Assembly: GCA_004431415.1 (NCBI GenBank)
Contig: QPMI01000206.1
Span: 111,446-175,445, forward strand
DNA length: 64,000 nt
Source of the DNA: Cyanophora paradoxa CCMP329
Lineage: Eukaryota > Plantae > Glaucophyta
Reading direction: 5' to 3'
Part shown: positions 1 through 12,200 of the stretch, piece after piece
How positions within the stretch are numbered: position 1 is the stretch's first letter
Layout: each line of letters begins with the position of its first letter
Position numbers and translations under genes: made by a program
The notes under the pieces: generated by a model
Seen by the model: only the letters and a program-made list of their open reading frames with translations
Told to the model about the DNA's origin: nothing
The model's database searches: none

Positions 1-285
1 AGCTTTATACGTCACCGACTAAATAATCACAACGATGTTGAGGAAAATTGAAGATCTAGATGCATAGAAATAGTTACAATCCGAGAAAACGAACAATTAG
101 CGCTAAACGTTACGGAAACACCTATAGCTACATGTACACTCAGCGCAGCTCACTGAAAAAAGATCGCAAAAATAGCCTGATGATGCTCTGATCATGATAC
201 TGCATGTGCGAATTGGGAAACTTGAAACTGGTGGAGACGGGAGGGCGACGGGCGGGGCACGGGCGCCGGCGGGGCGCCTATATAG

Positions 286-3200
286 CTAGCAGATCTTCTG
301 GTGGAAGGTGCGGTGGATGACCTCGAGCTGCTGGGCCTTCGTGAGGCGCACGAAGTTCACCGCGTACCCCGACACCCGGATCGTCAGGTTCGGGTACTTC
401 TCCGGGTGCTCCACCTGGCGATCGAAGTCAGGTCCGAGCAGGACGCAGTCAGTCGGCGAGGGGCGGACGGCGTCGGGGAGGATGTCGGGGTTGAGGACGT
501 TCACGTTCAGGTGGTGCGCCTCCTGCCCGAAGTAGCCCCCCAGCAGGCCCACCTTGGGGGGGGGGGGGGGGTGAGGGGAGGGAAAGGGGGGGGGGGGGGG
601 GGGGCTGCACCAGGTTAGAGGCGCGCTCCTCGTCGCTGTGGCCGAGGGCGCTCTTGATGACGGAGAAGGTGTTGGAGATGCCGTCCTGGCAGTCGCTGAA
701 GCGCAGCTTGGCCACCGAGTTCAGCGAGGCGAGCGCCCCGCACACGTCCCGCCCGCTACAGTACGCGTTGGACGCCGAGGGGAGGGGCGGGGCGGCGGGG
801 CAGCGGGGCGGGCGGGCGGGCGGACTGCATGGGGCTCGCGCCGGGGGCGAAGGCCTCGCCGGCGGGGCGCCCGTCGGGCGTCGCCCCCGTGTTCTTCCCG
901 TACACTGCCCAGACCCGCGTCGGGGGCGGGGGCGGGGGCGGGAAATGCGGGCGGGGCGGGCGCACCGACGTTGGAGGTGATGGTGAGGATGGAGAGGGTG
1001 TGCGTCGCGTTGCGGTACGTCGGGTGCTTCCGCAGCTTCGTGATGAAGCTGTTCGTCAGCTGCGGGCCGGCCCCGGGGGGCGCGTCACATTCGACTCGGC
1101 GCGATGAGAGGCGCGGCATGGCGCGCCATCGTCGCGATGGAGTCGACGCGGTCGTCGTCGTTGCCGTACTTGGGGAAGTCGCCCTCGACGGCGAAGGCGG
1201 TGGCGAGGCCGCGCGCGTCGCGCACGGGCGTCACCCGCGCGTGCTTGATCGCCGAGAGCGAGTCGGCCACCACCGAGAGGCCCGCGATGCCGAACGCCAT
1301 GTTGCGCCCCACCTGCAGGAGGAGGAGAGGAGTGCGTCAGCTTAGGAGGAGGAGCAGAGGAGGAGAGGGGCGGGGGCGCGCGTACGTCGGTGTCGTGGAG
1401 GGCCATCTCGAGGGACTCGTAGCAGTACTTGTCGTGCGCGTAGTGGATCGCTGCCGCCGGCGTCGGCGCGCGCGGAGGGGGGGCGGCGCGGGGGGAGGGT
1501 GGGGGGCGGGGCGCGGCGCACTGTTCATGGTGCGGACGTAGAGGCCGGCGAGCCACTCCATCGCCTCGTCGAAGTTCTTCATCACCTGCCCGAGCGCATC
1601 AGTCTCAGGCGAGTCGTGGAACCAAGCGAGGGGCGGGGGCACCTCCTCGTAGTCGAGGGGCCCGTCGGCGAGGGGCCGGAACTTGGGGCCCACCTGGTGC
1701 GCCGAGACCTCGTCGCAGCCCTGCCCCGCCAGGCCCCGCCCGTCAGCGCTGGAGGAGGAAGGGCCAAGGGGCGGGGGCGGGGGGGGGGGGGGGGGGGGGC
1801 GGCGGGCGGGCGGGCCTGGTTGAGGGAGTACAGGAGGAGCTTGGCGAGGTTGCAGCGCGCCCCGAAGAACTGCATCTGCTTCCCCATCGCCTGCCCCGCC
1901 CCGCCCGCGTCAGCCGCCGCCGGCCCCAGCGCCCGCCCCGCCCCGCCCCGCGCACCATGGGGCTGACGCAGCACGCGATGCCGTAGTCCGTCCCGTACAG
2001 CGGCCGCATCACGTCTGCCGCGCTGTCAGCGCCGGCGGCGGCGCCCAGGGCGGGGCGGGGCGGGGCGGGGCGGTCGGACCGTCGTTCTCGTACTGGATGG
2101 AGGAGGTGTCGATGGAGACGCGGGCGCAGAAGCGCTTGAAGTTCTCAGGGAGGCCCTCGGCCCAGAGGACGGTCAGGTTCGGCTCCGGGGCGGGCCCCAG
2201 GTTGTAGAGCGTCTGCAGGATGCGGAAGCTCGTGCGGGTGACGAGGTGCCCGCCCCTGCCGTCCGCCCCCGCCAGCACCATCGTCACCCACGTCGGGTCG
2301 CCCGCTGCGCCCGCCCCGCCCGCCTCAGAAGAGGGCGCGCCTCAGAAGAGGGCGCGCCTCAGAGAGGGGGGGCGCTCGCCGAAGAGATCGTTGTACTCCG
2401 GTGTGCGGAGGAAGCGGACCGACCTGGGCCGGACCGACGTCAGCCCGCGATCGCGAAATCGTGGGAGGGCGTTCTAGATCTCGGGGGCGGGCGCACCGGA
2501 GCTTGATGACGAGGTCGTCGATCATCTCCTGCGCCTGCTCCTCCGTGATGCGCCCCTCCGCGAGGTCCCGCTCTGTCGAGCCCGCCCGCGCCCCCGTCAG
2601 GCGCCTCGAGCCCGAGCTCGGGCGGATCAAATTGAAGTCGGGCCCCGCGCACCGATGTAGACGTCGAAGAAGGCGTCGAGGCGGCCGAGGCTCATCGCGG
2701 CGCCGTCCTGCTGCTTGATGGCCCCCAGGTAGCCGAAGTAGGTCCACTGGACCGCCTCCCGCGCCGTCCCCGCGGGCCGCCCGATGTCGTACTCGGGGCC
2801 GTGGGAGAGGGCCATCTTCTTGAGGTCCTGCAGCGCCCGCACCTGCTCCGAGAGCTCCTCCCGCGCCCGCAGGTTCGCCTCCGTCGTGGCGGGGGTCTTC
2901 TTCTGGTCGCTCTTCTTCTCCTGGATGAGGCGGTCGACGCCGTACAGCGCGACCCGCCGGTAGTCGCCTGCGCGCGCGCGTGCGTCGACTCCGGCGCCGC
3001 GCGCGAGCCGAGCGGGAGCCGCGCGGGGCGCACCGATGATGCGGCCGCGGCCGTACGCGTCCGGCAGGCCCGTGACTGGCGACGGCGGCGCGCGCAGCGC
3101 GTTAGGCGAGCTCCAGTACCGGTACCGGGCGGGCGCCGGGGAAGAGGGCTCGAGCTCGCGCACTGATGTGGTCGTGGCGAGCCTTCTTCATCTCCTCGTC

Positions 3201-4273
3201 GTAGATGTCGAAGACGCCTGCGCGCGAGCTTGAGCTCGAGGCTCACCTGGGGCCCGCTGCCCCGGGGCGAAGCCAGAGGCGCGGCGCCGGGCGGCGGACC
3301 CTGGTTGTGCGTCTTGCGGTACTCGTTAAAGACCTTCTCGACCGTCGGGTCCAGCTTGTACCTGCGCGGGCGGGCGCCGGCGAGAGTCACGTCAGGCGGG
3401 GCCCAGGGCGGCTCGCAGGCCGAGAGGTCCAGGGGCGGAGGAGAGGCCCGGGGGCGCACCCGTAGTGCTCGCACGCCTTCTTGACCATCCCCACGCCGCC
3501 GAAGGGCTTGATCTGCCCCCGCGCCGCGCCCCCGCCGGCGTCAGGACGTCGGCGGAGCGCACGCATGCACATGCGAGATCCGGAGCCTGCGCATGCGCAC
3601 CGCGCGCTTCAGGGGCGCGTCAGTCTGCAGCCCGACGATCACCTCCTCGCCCTTCGAGAAGAACCTGCCGCCGCCGGCCGCGGATCAAATGTCAGGCTGG
3701 CCGGTTCAAGTGTCGACGTCGACGCCAGGCCCGCCGAGCCGCGGCGCACCCGGGGCCGTGGCTGGTGAGCGTGCTCGGCGTGTTGGGGTCGACGTCCAGC
3801 ACCCCCTTCTCCAGCTCGATCTTGCACAGGCCCTGGAACATGTCGAGGAGCTTCTTCGTGCGCGCAGTCGGCCCGGCGAGGAAGTCTCCGGTTCCATCGT
3901 AGGGCTTCACGTTGGCGTTGATCCTGCGTGCGCGCATGCCGCGAGTGAGCGCGTTACCTCGGGAAGGGCGCGCGGGCGGCAGCATCGCGGCCGGATCCGG
4001 ACCATGCTTCCACGTTCACCCCGGTGCTGACGGCGGGCGAGGGCGGGACGCGGAAGCAGACGGACCCTGGCGTCTCAGCCGGAGCCTCGCGCATGCGTTT
4101 CTGCGGAAGCTGAGCCGTGAGCCGAGCCCGGAGACCGAAGGGTGCAGACGTCAGCGTCCGGGCCGGGGCCCGGGCCGCACCGCGTCTCCGGAGCCAGCGT
4201 CAGCCTCGGGGGCGTGGCGCTTCCTGTCCTCGCCTCCGCACGGGAAGCATCCGCTGCGAACGAGGGACTCCAT
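286..4273 (-). CDS. PFL: Pyruvate formate-lyase (formate acetyltransferase, glycyl-radical enzyme), roughly 20 introns
   Basis: Spliced exons give [40 protein letters not shown], the active-site YGIACCVS (adjacent cysteines, ~1960-1990), and C-terminal [15 protein letters not shown] (glycyl-radical motif), with the stop at 286-288. The start ATG at 4273 ([14 protein letters not shown]...) joins in frame through two GT-AG introns; the start is less certain than the rest. Confidence 0.95.
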
Positions 4274-5345
4274 TCGACCGGGGAACTAGTTGACCTCGCT
4301 GGGATCGGGCGGTCGCCCTTGCTAGCGCTCGGCTCGGCGAGGTTGGCTGCTGCTGGCTTCGCAGTGGCAGAAGGAATGTTCGTGTATAGGTAGAAGGCTA
4401 GCACTGGGACTGCGCGCACAGCAGCAATTGCAAAGGGCGTTGGGCGTCGACGTCACTGAACCCGTCACGACCTGTACCCGTCGCGATCGAATCCGGATCC
4501 GGATTGAACGTTTTAATTATAACGCGCGCGCGCTCGCGCGCGCCGGCGCCGCCGTTGGCCCGCCGATGCCGGGGGCGCCGCGCTCAGCGGCTTCTGATTA
4601 TAATATTAAGCTTAAGCTTCGAAATCGCTCGCGGGCCTTAACGGCCTGCGCCCTGCAAATCATTTCCGGGGCAGGCAGCAAGCATTTTTAATTTGGTATT
4701 TGTCATGCTCGATAGCACAAAAGGTTCGCGCGTACTACGCATACGACGGAGTTAAACACAACCTATAAAAATTCGCATGGGCCTGAAAGTATCGAGTACG
4801 CATATATCGATAGTGAAGAATTGGGAGCTTGATCAAAGAGGCTAGTCAAATGGCTGAACTACGCGCATGCTAGTAGGCTAGGCGATCTACGACTCAGTTC
4901 TAGTTGCAGAGACCAAATAATAATAAGCTGAAGGAAATTAACCATTGATTTACTACTGTTTTCATTGAGAGGGGGGTTCTGCCGGTGGGTAAGCCATCAT
5001 CGGAGTTGTACAACAAGGCCGGGCGGGCGGGCCGAAGGCGCAAAATGGCCTCTGCTTGGACTGACTGACTGAAGGTAATGAAGGAGAAGAAACATACTAG
5101 ACATACTAAAGTTGAACACGCGGGGCGCTGCCCTCCGCAACACGCCTCGCCGGGGCCTGTCTTCGCTATCTTTACACGGATCCTACTATCACTGACATGC
5201 GCTGCAGATGGGTCGCAACTTCGGGCTCACAAATAACCAAGAAAATCGAAAGTGCGCGGGGTCTCAAAACGAAAGAGAAGAATATCCACAGGCCTGAAAA
5301 AGAACGCGGTCCGGGGCGAGATCGGTCGGCCGGGGCGCGCCCGCC

Positions 5346-7800
5346 TCACTGGGCGAGCTGCGGGGCGGCCTCGGCGAGGGGCCCGAAGGGCGGGCTGCCG
5401 CCCGACAGGAACGGGTTCTTCCCGAGGGCGAGCGGGGGCGGCGAGGCGTGCTCCGGGGGCGACTCGCCGCGGGGGACGGCGGGGGTCGCCGGGGGCGTGC
5501 GCCGCCCGATGGCGCCGAGCTCGGCGCCGCGAAGGCGGCCGCCCCAGGAGGGGTCCTGGAAGCCGGCGGCCGGCCTGGGCACGGCGATCGGCTCCGAGGC
5601 GAGCGCCATGGCGGGAAGAGGGCCTCCAGGGACGCCAGCCCGAACGCCGAGGGCGCCGCCGCCGCCGCCGCCGCCGGGGCGTGGGCCGGGGCGTGGGCGT
5701 GGGCCGGGGCCGGGGCGGCGGGGCGGGGACGCTGGGGAGGCCGGCGAGGAAGCCGTCGAGGGAGACGGCGGCGTGGGGCGGGAGGGCGGAGAGGGCCGCC
5801 GCCGCGCCCTCGTCGGCCGGCCCGGGGCCCGGGAGCACGGCGACGAGGCGGACGCGGCGCTCGCCGAGGGCGGCGGCGGCGGCGGCGCCGACGCGGGCGA
5901 GGAAGGCGCGGTAGGCGAGCTTGGGGAGGAGGGGGAAGACGAGGAAGAAGGCGACGGGGGCGCCGGCGGGGGCGGCCTCGAGGGCGTCGCAGAGGGCGCG
6001 CGCGGCCTCCGTGTGCGGGAGGGCCTCGCTGGCGGCCGCCCCCGAGACGCGGAAGAAGGCGCTGCTGAAGGTCACCTCCAGCGGCTCCCGCGCCGCCGCC
6101 CGCAGCGGCGGCAGCACCGCGTCGGCCATCGCGCTGCTCACCGCCGCGCAGACCGCCGAGTGGGGCCCCACCAGCGCCCGCACCAGCGCCGCCTCCGCCG
6201 CGACCTGCGGGGACGGGCCGGTCAGCGCGGATCGGGGCGGGGCGGAGGCGGGGCGCGGGGTCGGGGCGGGGCGGACCTGGCGCTGGCGAGCCTCAATGGC
6301 GGCGGCGAGCTCCTCGACGGCCGGCGCCGCCGTGCGCATGACCGGCGCGAGGCGCGCCCCCGCCGCGTCCGCCGCCGCCTCCAGCACCGGCAGCGCGCCG
6401 GCGCGCAGGGCCGAGGCGGCCTCGCGCGCCGAATGGCGGGCGGCGGAGAGGAGCGCGAGGGTCTGTGTCGTGGAGCGCTTGGCGAGGGTGTAGGCGACCT
6501 GAGCCAGGTCGGCGGCGGCGCGGAGGAGCGGCGCCGCGCCCCGCAGCGGCAGCGTCGGCGCCGAGGCCGCCGCCAGGAAGCCGGCGAGCTCGCGCATGGC
6601 GGCGCGGATGCCGCTGAGCGAGGCGGCGGGGGCCGTCGAGGGCGCGCCGGGCCGCAGCAGCTGCAGCAGCGGGTGCGCCCGCTCGATCACGGCGTCCACG
6701 GCGGCGGCGACCTGCGCCGGGCCGCCGAAGACGGGCGAGTGGGAGCGGGAGCTGCCGGGCGAGACGTCGGCCGACGAGGGCGGCGTGGCGGAGATGGGCG
6801 ACGGGGCGTGGTAGGCGGCGAAGGCGACGGGCTGGAAGAGGGGCGACGACGGGCCGCTGCCGCTGTGCGCCGCCGCCTGCTGCGCCGCGTGCGCGGCGAC
6901 CGCGTGCGCCGCGGCCGTAGCCGCCAGGTACGGCGCGATCGCCGCCTGCGCCGCCGCGTGCGCGAGCTGGTGGGCCGCCGGGTCCACCGCCGCGCCCGCC
7001 AGCGGCGACGCGAACGACGACGGCGCCGGCGAGAGGCTCGTGGGCGAGAGCGACGTCCTCGGCGAGTCCAGGCCCGACGAGAGCGGCGACCGGTGGCTCA
7101 GGCCGCCGCCGAACGCCCTCGGGCCCGCCGGGCTCGTGAAGGCAGACTCAGTAGCCTTCTGACGCTGGGCGAAGTTCGTGAGGGAACGCGGAAGCGGTGG
7201 CGGGGCCTGGCAAACCGGCGACCCGTTCGCTCCAGCCGAACCCTCCTCGTGCTCCGGGTGCACATACGTGCCTGCGCGAAGCGAGCGGTGACGTGAGCAA
7301 AGAGGAGAGGGCTAGGGGAATGGGCCAACGCACAGTTGATGCCAAACTGACAGAACTCGCCGCGAAGGAGCTTCGGGCAGGGCCGGGTGCGGAAGAAGCG
7401 ATTGTAGCTTGTTATGTAGAGCCTCTGGGACTCACCTGCGTGCCGCAGGTCAGTCTCGAGCACGCGGGCGGGCCGGATCAAATTCGATCGCAAACCAGGG
7501 TGGGCGTAACGGCAGTGCTCCGAGCCCTTCTCACAGTGACCATCAACCCAGGCGTACTTGCACAGAATCTGGACGCGTTTGGAGACGAGGAGAGTGAGCG
7601 AACGAGGCACGTGCGTTCACACGGAACCAGCAGGCGCACCGTTTTACACGTGTCCGGGTGAGCGCATTTCCCCGTTCTCTGTTTAGAAAGTTTATTAGCA
7701 TGCTGAACAAACGAACCGGAGCCCGGGAGGCGGGACCAGAGCGCACCTGCACATGAATGCACGGGCCCTGGGCTCCGTGAGCCAGCGGGACGCCCGGCAT
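5346..7800 (-). CDS. Tandem CCCH zinc-finger (TIS11/TTP-like) RNA-binding protein with long Ala-rich C-terminal region
   Basis: Spliced exons give KTILCKYAWVDGHCEKGSEHCRYAH (Cx8Cx6Cx3H) and RTRPCPKLLRGEFCQFGINCTYVH (Cx8Cx5Cx3H), followed by Ser/Pro-rich and Ala-rich helical regions. The frame is open upstream of ATG 7800, so the true start may lie further 5'. Confidence 0.8.
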
Positions 7801-9256
7801 GACTGCCTGGGCCTCCTCGTGCTGGAGTATATCCTCAAAGCGCGCCGTGGCTACCGATTGTGATAGCCGCGGGTCACTGGACCCGAATACGTGCTTCAGA
7901 TGACGACGCTCCGGTTGTTTCACAAGGGCTGCCGCTTTCGCTGGCTGCAGTGCTTCTAGACTGCTCTGAAGTTGGCAAGGACCTGCGAACCGGTTGGGCG
8001 ACGTTGCTCAGTGTGAGCGGGAAGCAGAGGAGCGGGGTCCCCGGAGTAACGAGAAAGGTGTTCTAGATCTCTAGGAGGAGTTTGAAGTGTACGCGAGGGC
8101 TCTGAGCCGATCGCTCGGGAATGTTCTCCTTGCGTGTCAGACGAGAGACGGATCGGGCCCGGGAGCGGGCGCAGGGCTCTAAGGACGTGAAACAACTCAC
8201 GTACGTGGCCTAAAAGAGAGGTTTTCAGCCCCGGCAGAGCCGCCGATAGCTCTGGAAGGGTGGCGGGAAGGAGCAACCACTTCACGCGCGCTCCGGCGTG
8301 CCGGCTCCGGGAACGCTCTAGAGCCTCGAGGCGCTGCGCAGAAGCGAACCTGAGCGATGCTGCTGCTGCTGGCCGGTGGTTTCTCCCGGCTCCCTCGGAT
8401 GTGTAGTTCCTGTGAATTGGCAGCTGCGTAGCCTTATAAGAGATGTCGTCAAGCGGGGGAGAACTTTCAAGGGGGTACCGCGCAAAACGACGAATTGGGC
8501 CCATATGCATATGCATTGCGTTCTTAGCGCGGCGGTTCGGTTTCCCTTGCATGGGGCGATGCGCGCGCGCTACTGTAGCTAGCGCCTCTAGATCTAGCGG
8601 CTGCTGCAGCATGTGCAGCCTGCAGCTGCAGGCTGCGCGTGGCGACCGGCGCAGGGCGGATGATGTGGCCGCGCGCGCACTCCGCGGAGTCCGGAGCTCG
8701 AGACGTTATCCGAGGCGTCTCGATACTAGCTATAGGCTACGTCATGGTAACGCGTGCCGCGTGCGCAGCCTGAGGATCAATCGCAACGTAAACGTTAACC
8801 TTTCCGATCGCGAAGTACTAGTTCTGACGTGACGCGTACGACAGCTCATGCGATATGCGCGACGTGCGTAAGCAACGTTCTTTGCGTGCTGCGCGCGTCG
8901 CGATTGCACTGCAATTGCGCGCTCGCGAGTCGCGATGCTGCACACGTGCACGTGCACGCAGCTGCAGCCAGCACGTCCGCCTTCGAAAGTGGTACTACGG
9001 TATGCGCGCGATCGATTCTTGATTCTTGAAACACAGAAAACGCAGAGCAAAATACTGGACTGAATAATCTAACACCACACCAAATACGTATACGGACTCC
9101 GAGCTGAGACATCGGCTCGCCGATCGCGAGCCTCGGAGATTTCGCAAAGATCTAGAGACACCGCGAGCCGAGCACCCGGGCCGTCCTAGCAGATCCGGGG
9201 CCGGGGCCGGGGCAGGCGGCCCGCGCGGGCGGGCCCGGGGGGCGGCGGCCGGCCGG

Positions 9257-12200
9257 TCAGGAGTGGTCCTTGGGGTCGAGGGAGGGGCTGGAGAGGATGG
9301 CGTGGCGGTGGTGCATGCTCATGCGAGCCAGCGCCGGCACCCGCCCGATCCCCGCCGTCTGCTCGATCGCCGGCGGCGTCAGCATAGCTTGACCCGGGGC
9401 GAAGGCGGCGGGGGCGGGGGCGGGGGCGGGGGGCGCCTTGGAGCGGCCGACGACGAGGAAGGTGGTCATGACGCCCTTGCCCTTGACCTGCCGGCGCCCT
9501 CCGAAGCTAAGAGGAGGGCGGGGGTGGCGGGGGTGGCGGGGCGAGGCGGTGCGGGCCTTGACGCCCTCGCGCTCCTCGAAGGTGAACTTCCAGCGGACGC
9601 GCTCGTACGTGCTCGGCGAGACGTTCACCCGCCCCGCCACCCCCGAGCTCTCCATCCTGCCGCAGACAGTGAGGCGCCGAGCGGGCCGCGCGCGGGGATC
9701 AGATGTTGGGGGGGCCGGGTACCGGGAGGCCAGGTTGACGGCGTCGCCCCAGATGTCGTACGCCAGCCGCTTCGTCCCGATCACCCCTGCGCGCCCGCCC
9801 CGGAGTCAGCGGGGGGAACAAGGCGGGGGCGGGTGCGGGGGCGGGCCGGCGATGATGGAGCCGGTGTGGACGCCGATGCGCATGTTGAGGTGCGTCTTGT
9901 TCTCCCGGTTCATCGCCCGCACCTGGCCGGGCCCCGCCGCTCGCTCGCGAGAGAGGAGGGCACGGGGGGGCGGTGGGAGGAGAGGGATCTAGGCGGGGGA
10001 GAGAGGCGGGCGGGCGGACCGTCTCGATCATGTCGAGGGCAAAGTCGATCTGCGGGGAGCGGGAGCCGGCGCCCGGGCGGTCAGCCTCGCTGTCGGGCGC
10101 GGGGGGTGCGAGGGGAAGAAGGGACCATGATCTCGGCCGGCTTCGTCTGCTCGGGGCGGGGCGGGGCGGGGCGGGGCGGGGCGCCTCAGCGAGGAGCCTC
10201 GGGCTGAGGCTTTGAAAGGCGGCGCGGGGCGAGCGGACCGTGAAGACCATGTAGGCGTCCCCGCTGGCGTCCCCGGGCGGTCAGCGGAGGGCGAGTGCGC
10301 GCTCGCAAAACAGGCGCGGCGCACATGGTCTTGACCTGCGCGGGCGCAGCAGCGCGTCAGACGCGGAGAGGTTAGAGCGGGGGCGGGCAGCGGGGAGCGG
10401 GGGCGGGGGCGGGCCTTGTCGACGCCGTAGCTGTCCACGAGCTCGTCGAAGCGGTTGAAGAGCTGCCGCCGGGCGATCGGCATCTCCGGCGGCGGGGGCG
10501 GGGGCGGGGGCGGGGCGGAGGCGGAGGCGGGCGGGGGCGGGCGGGCGGGACCTCGCTGAGGAGGCCGACGGTGTCCTCCGGGCTCAGCTCCGACGCTGCG
10601 GGGCGTGAGGGGGGGCGGGAGGAAGGGGGGGGTGAGGGGGGGGGGGGACCCATGGAGGTGAAGCCGACGAGGTCGGAGAAGAGGATCGTCGCGTCGTCGA
10701 TCGCGTCCGCGATGATCTGAGACGGGGCGCGGCGTGAGGCCGCCGGGGCCGGCGAGGGGCCGAGGGCGGGGGCGGGGGAGGCAGACCTCGTCGGTGCCCT
10801 GCTGGAGCCGCTCGATGATCGCTGCGCCACGCGTGAGAAATCTCGGCGGGTGGGGCCGGGCGGGGGCGGGGGCACCGTCGGGGAGGATGTTGCGGAGCAG
10901 GCGCTCGCCCCTCGCCTTCTCGAACTGCGCCAAGCCGAGCTCCGTCAGCCCCGAGCCGGCCCCGAGGCTCTGGCGGGGCCGGGGCCGGGGCCGGGGGCGC
11001 CTGGAGGGCCTCCTGGGCGGCGTGGCGCTCGGTGATGTCGCGGATGAAGAGGACGAAGAAGGGGCGCCGCCCCGAGCGCCCGCACCCCACCGACACGTGC
11101 GCCGGGAACGCCGTCCCGTTCTGCCCGCGCGCGCCGCCCTCCAGTCAGCCGGGCCGCCCTCGACCGCCCCGACTGCTCCGAGCGGGCGGACCTTGCGGCG
11201 GGCCTTGACTTCGATCTGGCGGCCGGCAAAGGCGGCGAGGCCCTCCCCCTCCGCGAGCCCCGCCGCCTCCTCCGGCAGCGCCTGCCCCGCCCGCCCTCAG
11301 TCGGCCGCCTGAAAGGGAGGAGGGGAGGGGGGGACGGACGTCGGGGACGACGGCAGAGACGGGCATGGCGAGGGCCTCGTCCGCGCTCCTGCGGGGGGGA
11401 GGGGAGGGCGTGAGGCGCGAGCCGGAGGGAGACGGGCTGTGAGGGCACCAGCCGAGGAGGCCCTCCGCCGCCGCGTTGAAGACCTGGATCGACCCCGCGC
11501 TGTCGCTGCGCCCCCGCCCCCGCCGTCAGGGGGGCCGCCCGCCCCGCGCGGCGCGGCCCCACGGGGGGCTGCGGCGGGGCACCAGACGATAATGGCGTCG
11601 GAGGCGGCCTCGAGGATGGACTTGGTCTTCGCCCGGTTGTCCTCCAGCATGCTCTGCACCGTCCGCGACTCCCCCGTCGCTGCGCAGCGCCCCCGCGCCC
11701 TCAGCGGGCGGGGAGGGGAGAGGGGAGACTCGGGGCGGGGCGGGGACCCATGTAATCGCGGAGGGCGGGGATCTTGTTGATGACCGTGTGCGGGATCATG
11801 AGCAGCATCGAGAGCTGCCGGGAGGGGCACGCGCGCCGCGCCGCGTCAGGCGTGGAGAGCCCCCCGACTTTCGCGCTGCCGGCGGCGGCCGGGGCGCGCA
11901 CGGTCTTCTCGTGCTCCCTCGCGATGCCGCGGACGGAGGGGCGCAGGACGAACACCCTGCGGCGCGCGCGCAGAGTGAGAAACGAGGCAGCGGCGGCGGG
12001 CGGGGGCGGGGGCGAGGCGGGGCGGGGCGCGCCAGAGGGCGATTGTGATGACGATGCCGACGGAGAAGATGATGTCCATGGCGCGCACCACCGTCTCGAT
12101 CTGATGCGCCGGCCCCGCCCTCAGATCGATCCGCGTCGGCCTGGAGAGGGCCCGGCACGGACGGCGTCGGTGGACTGGGCGATGATGGCGCGGAGGGCGG

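Noticed and set aside
556-604. Long poly-G runs (also ~1780-1800, ~19776-19800)
   Set aside because: These are the intronic C-rich tracts of minus-strand genes; run lengths are unreliable and no separate function is supported.
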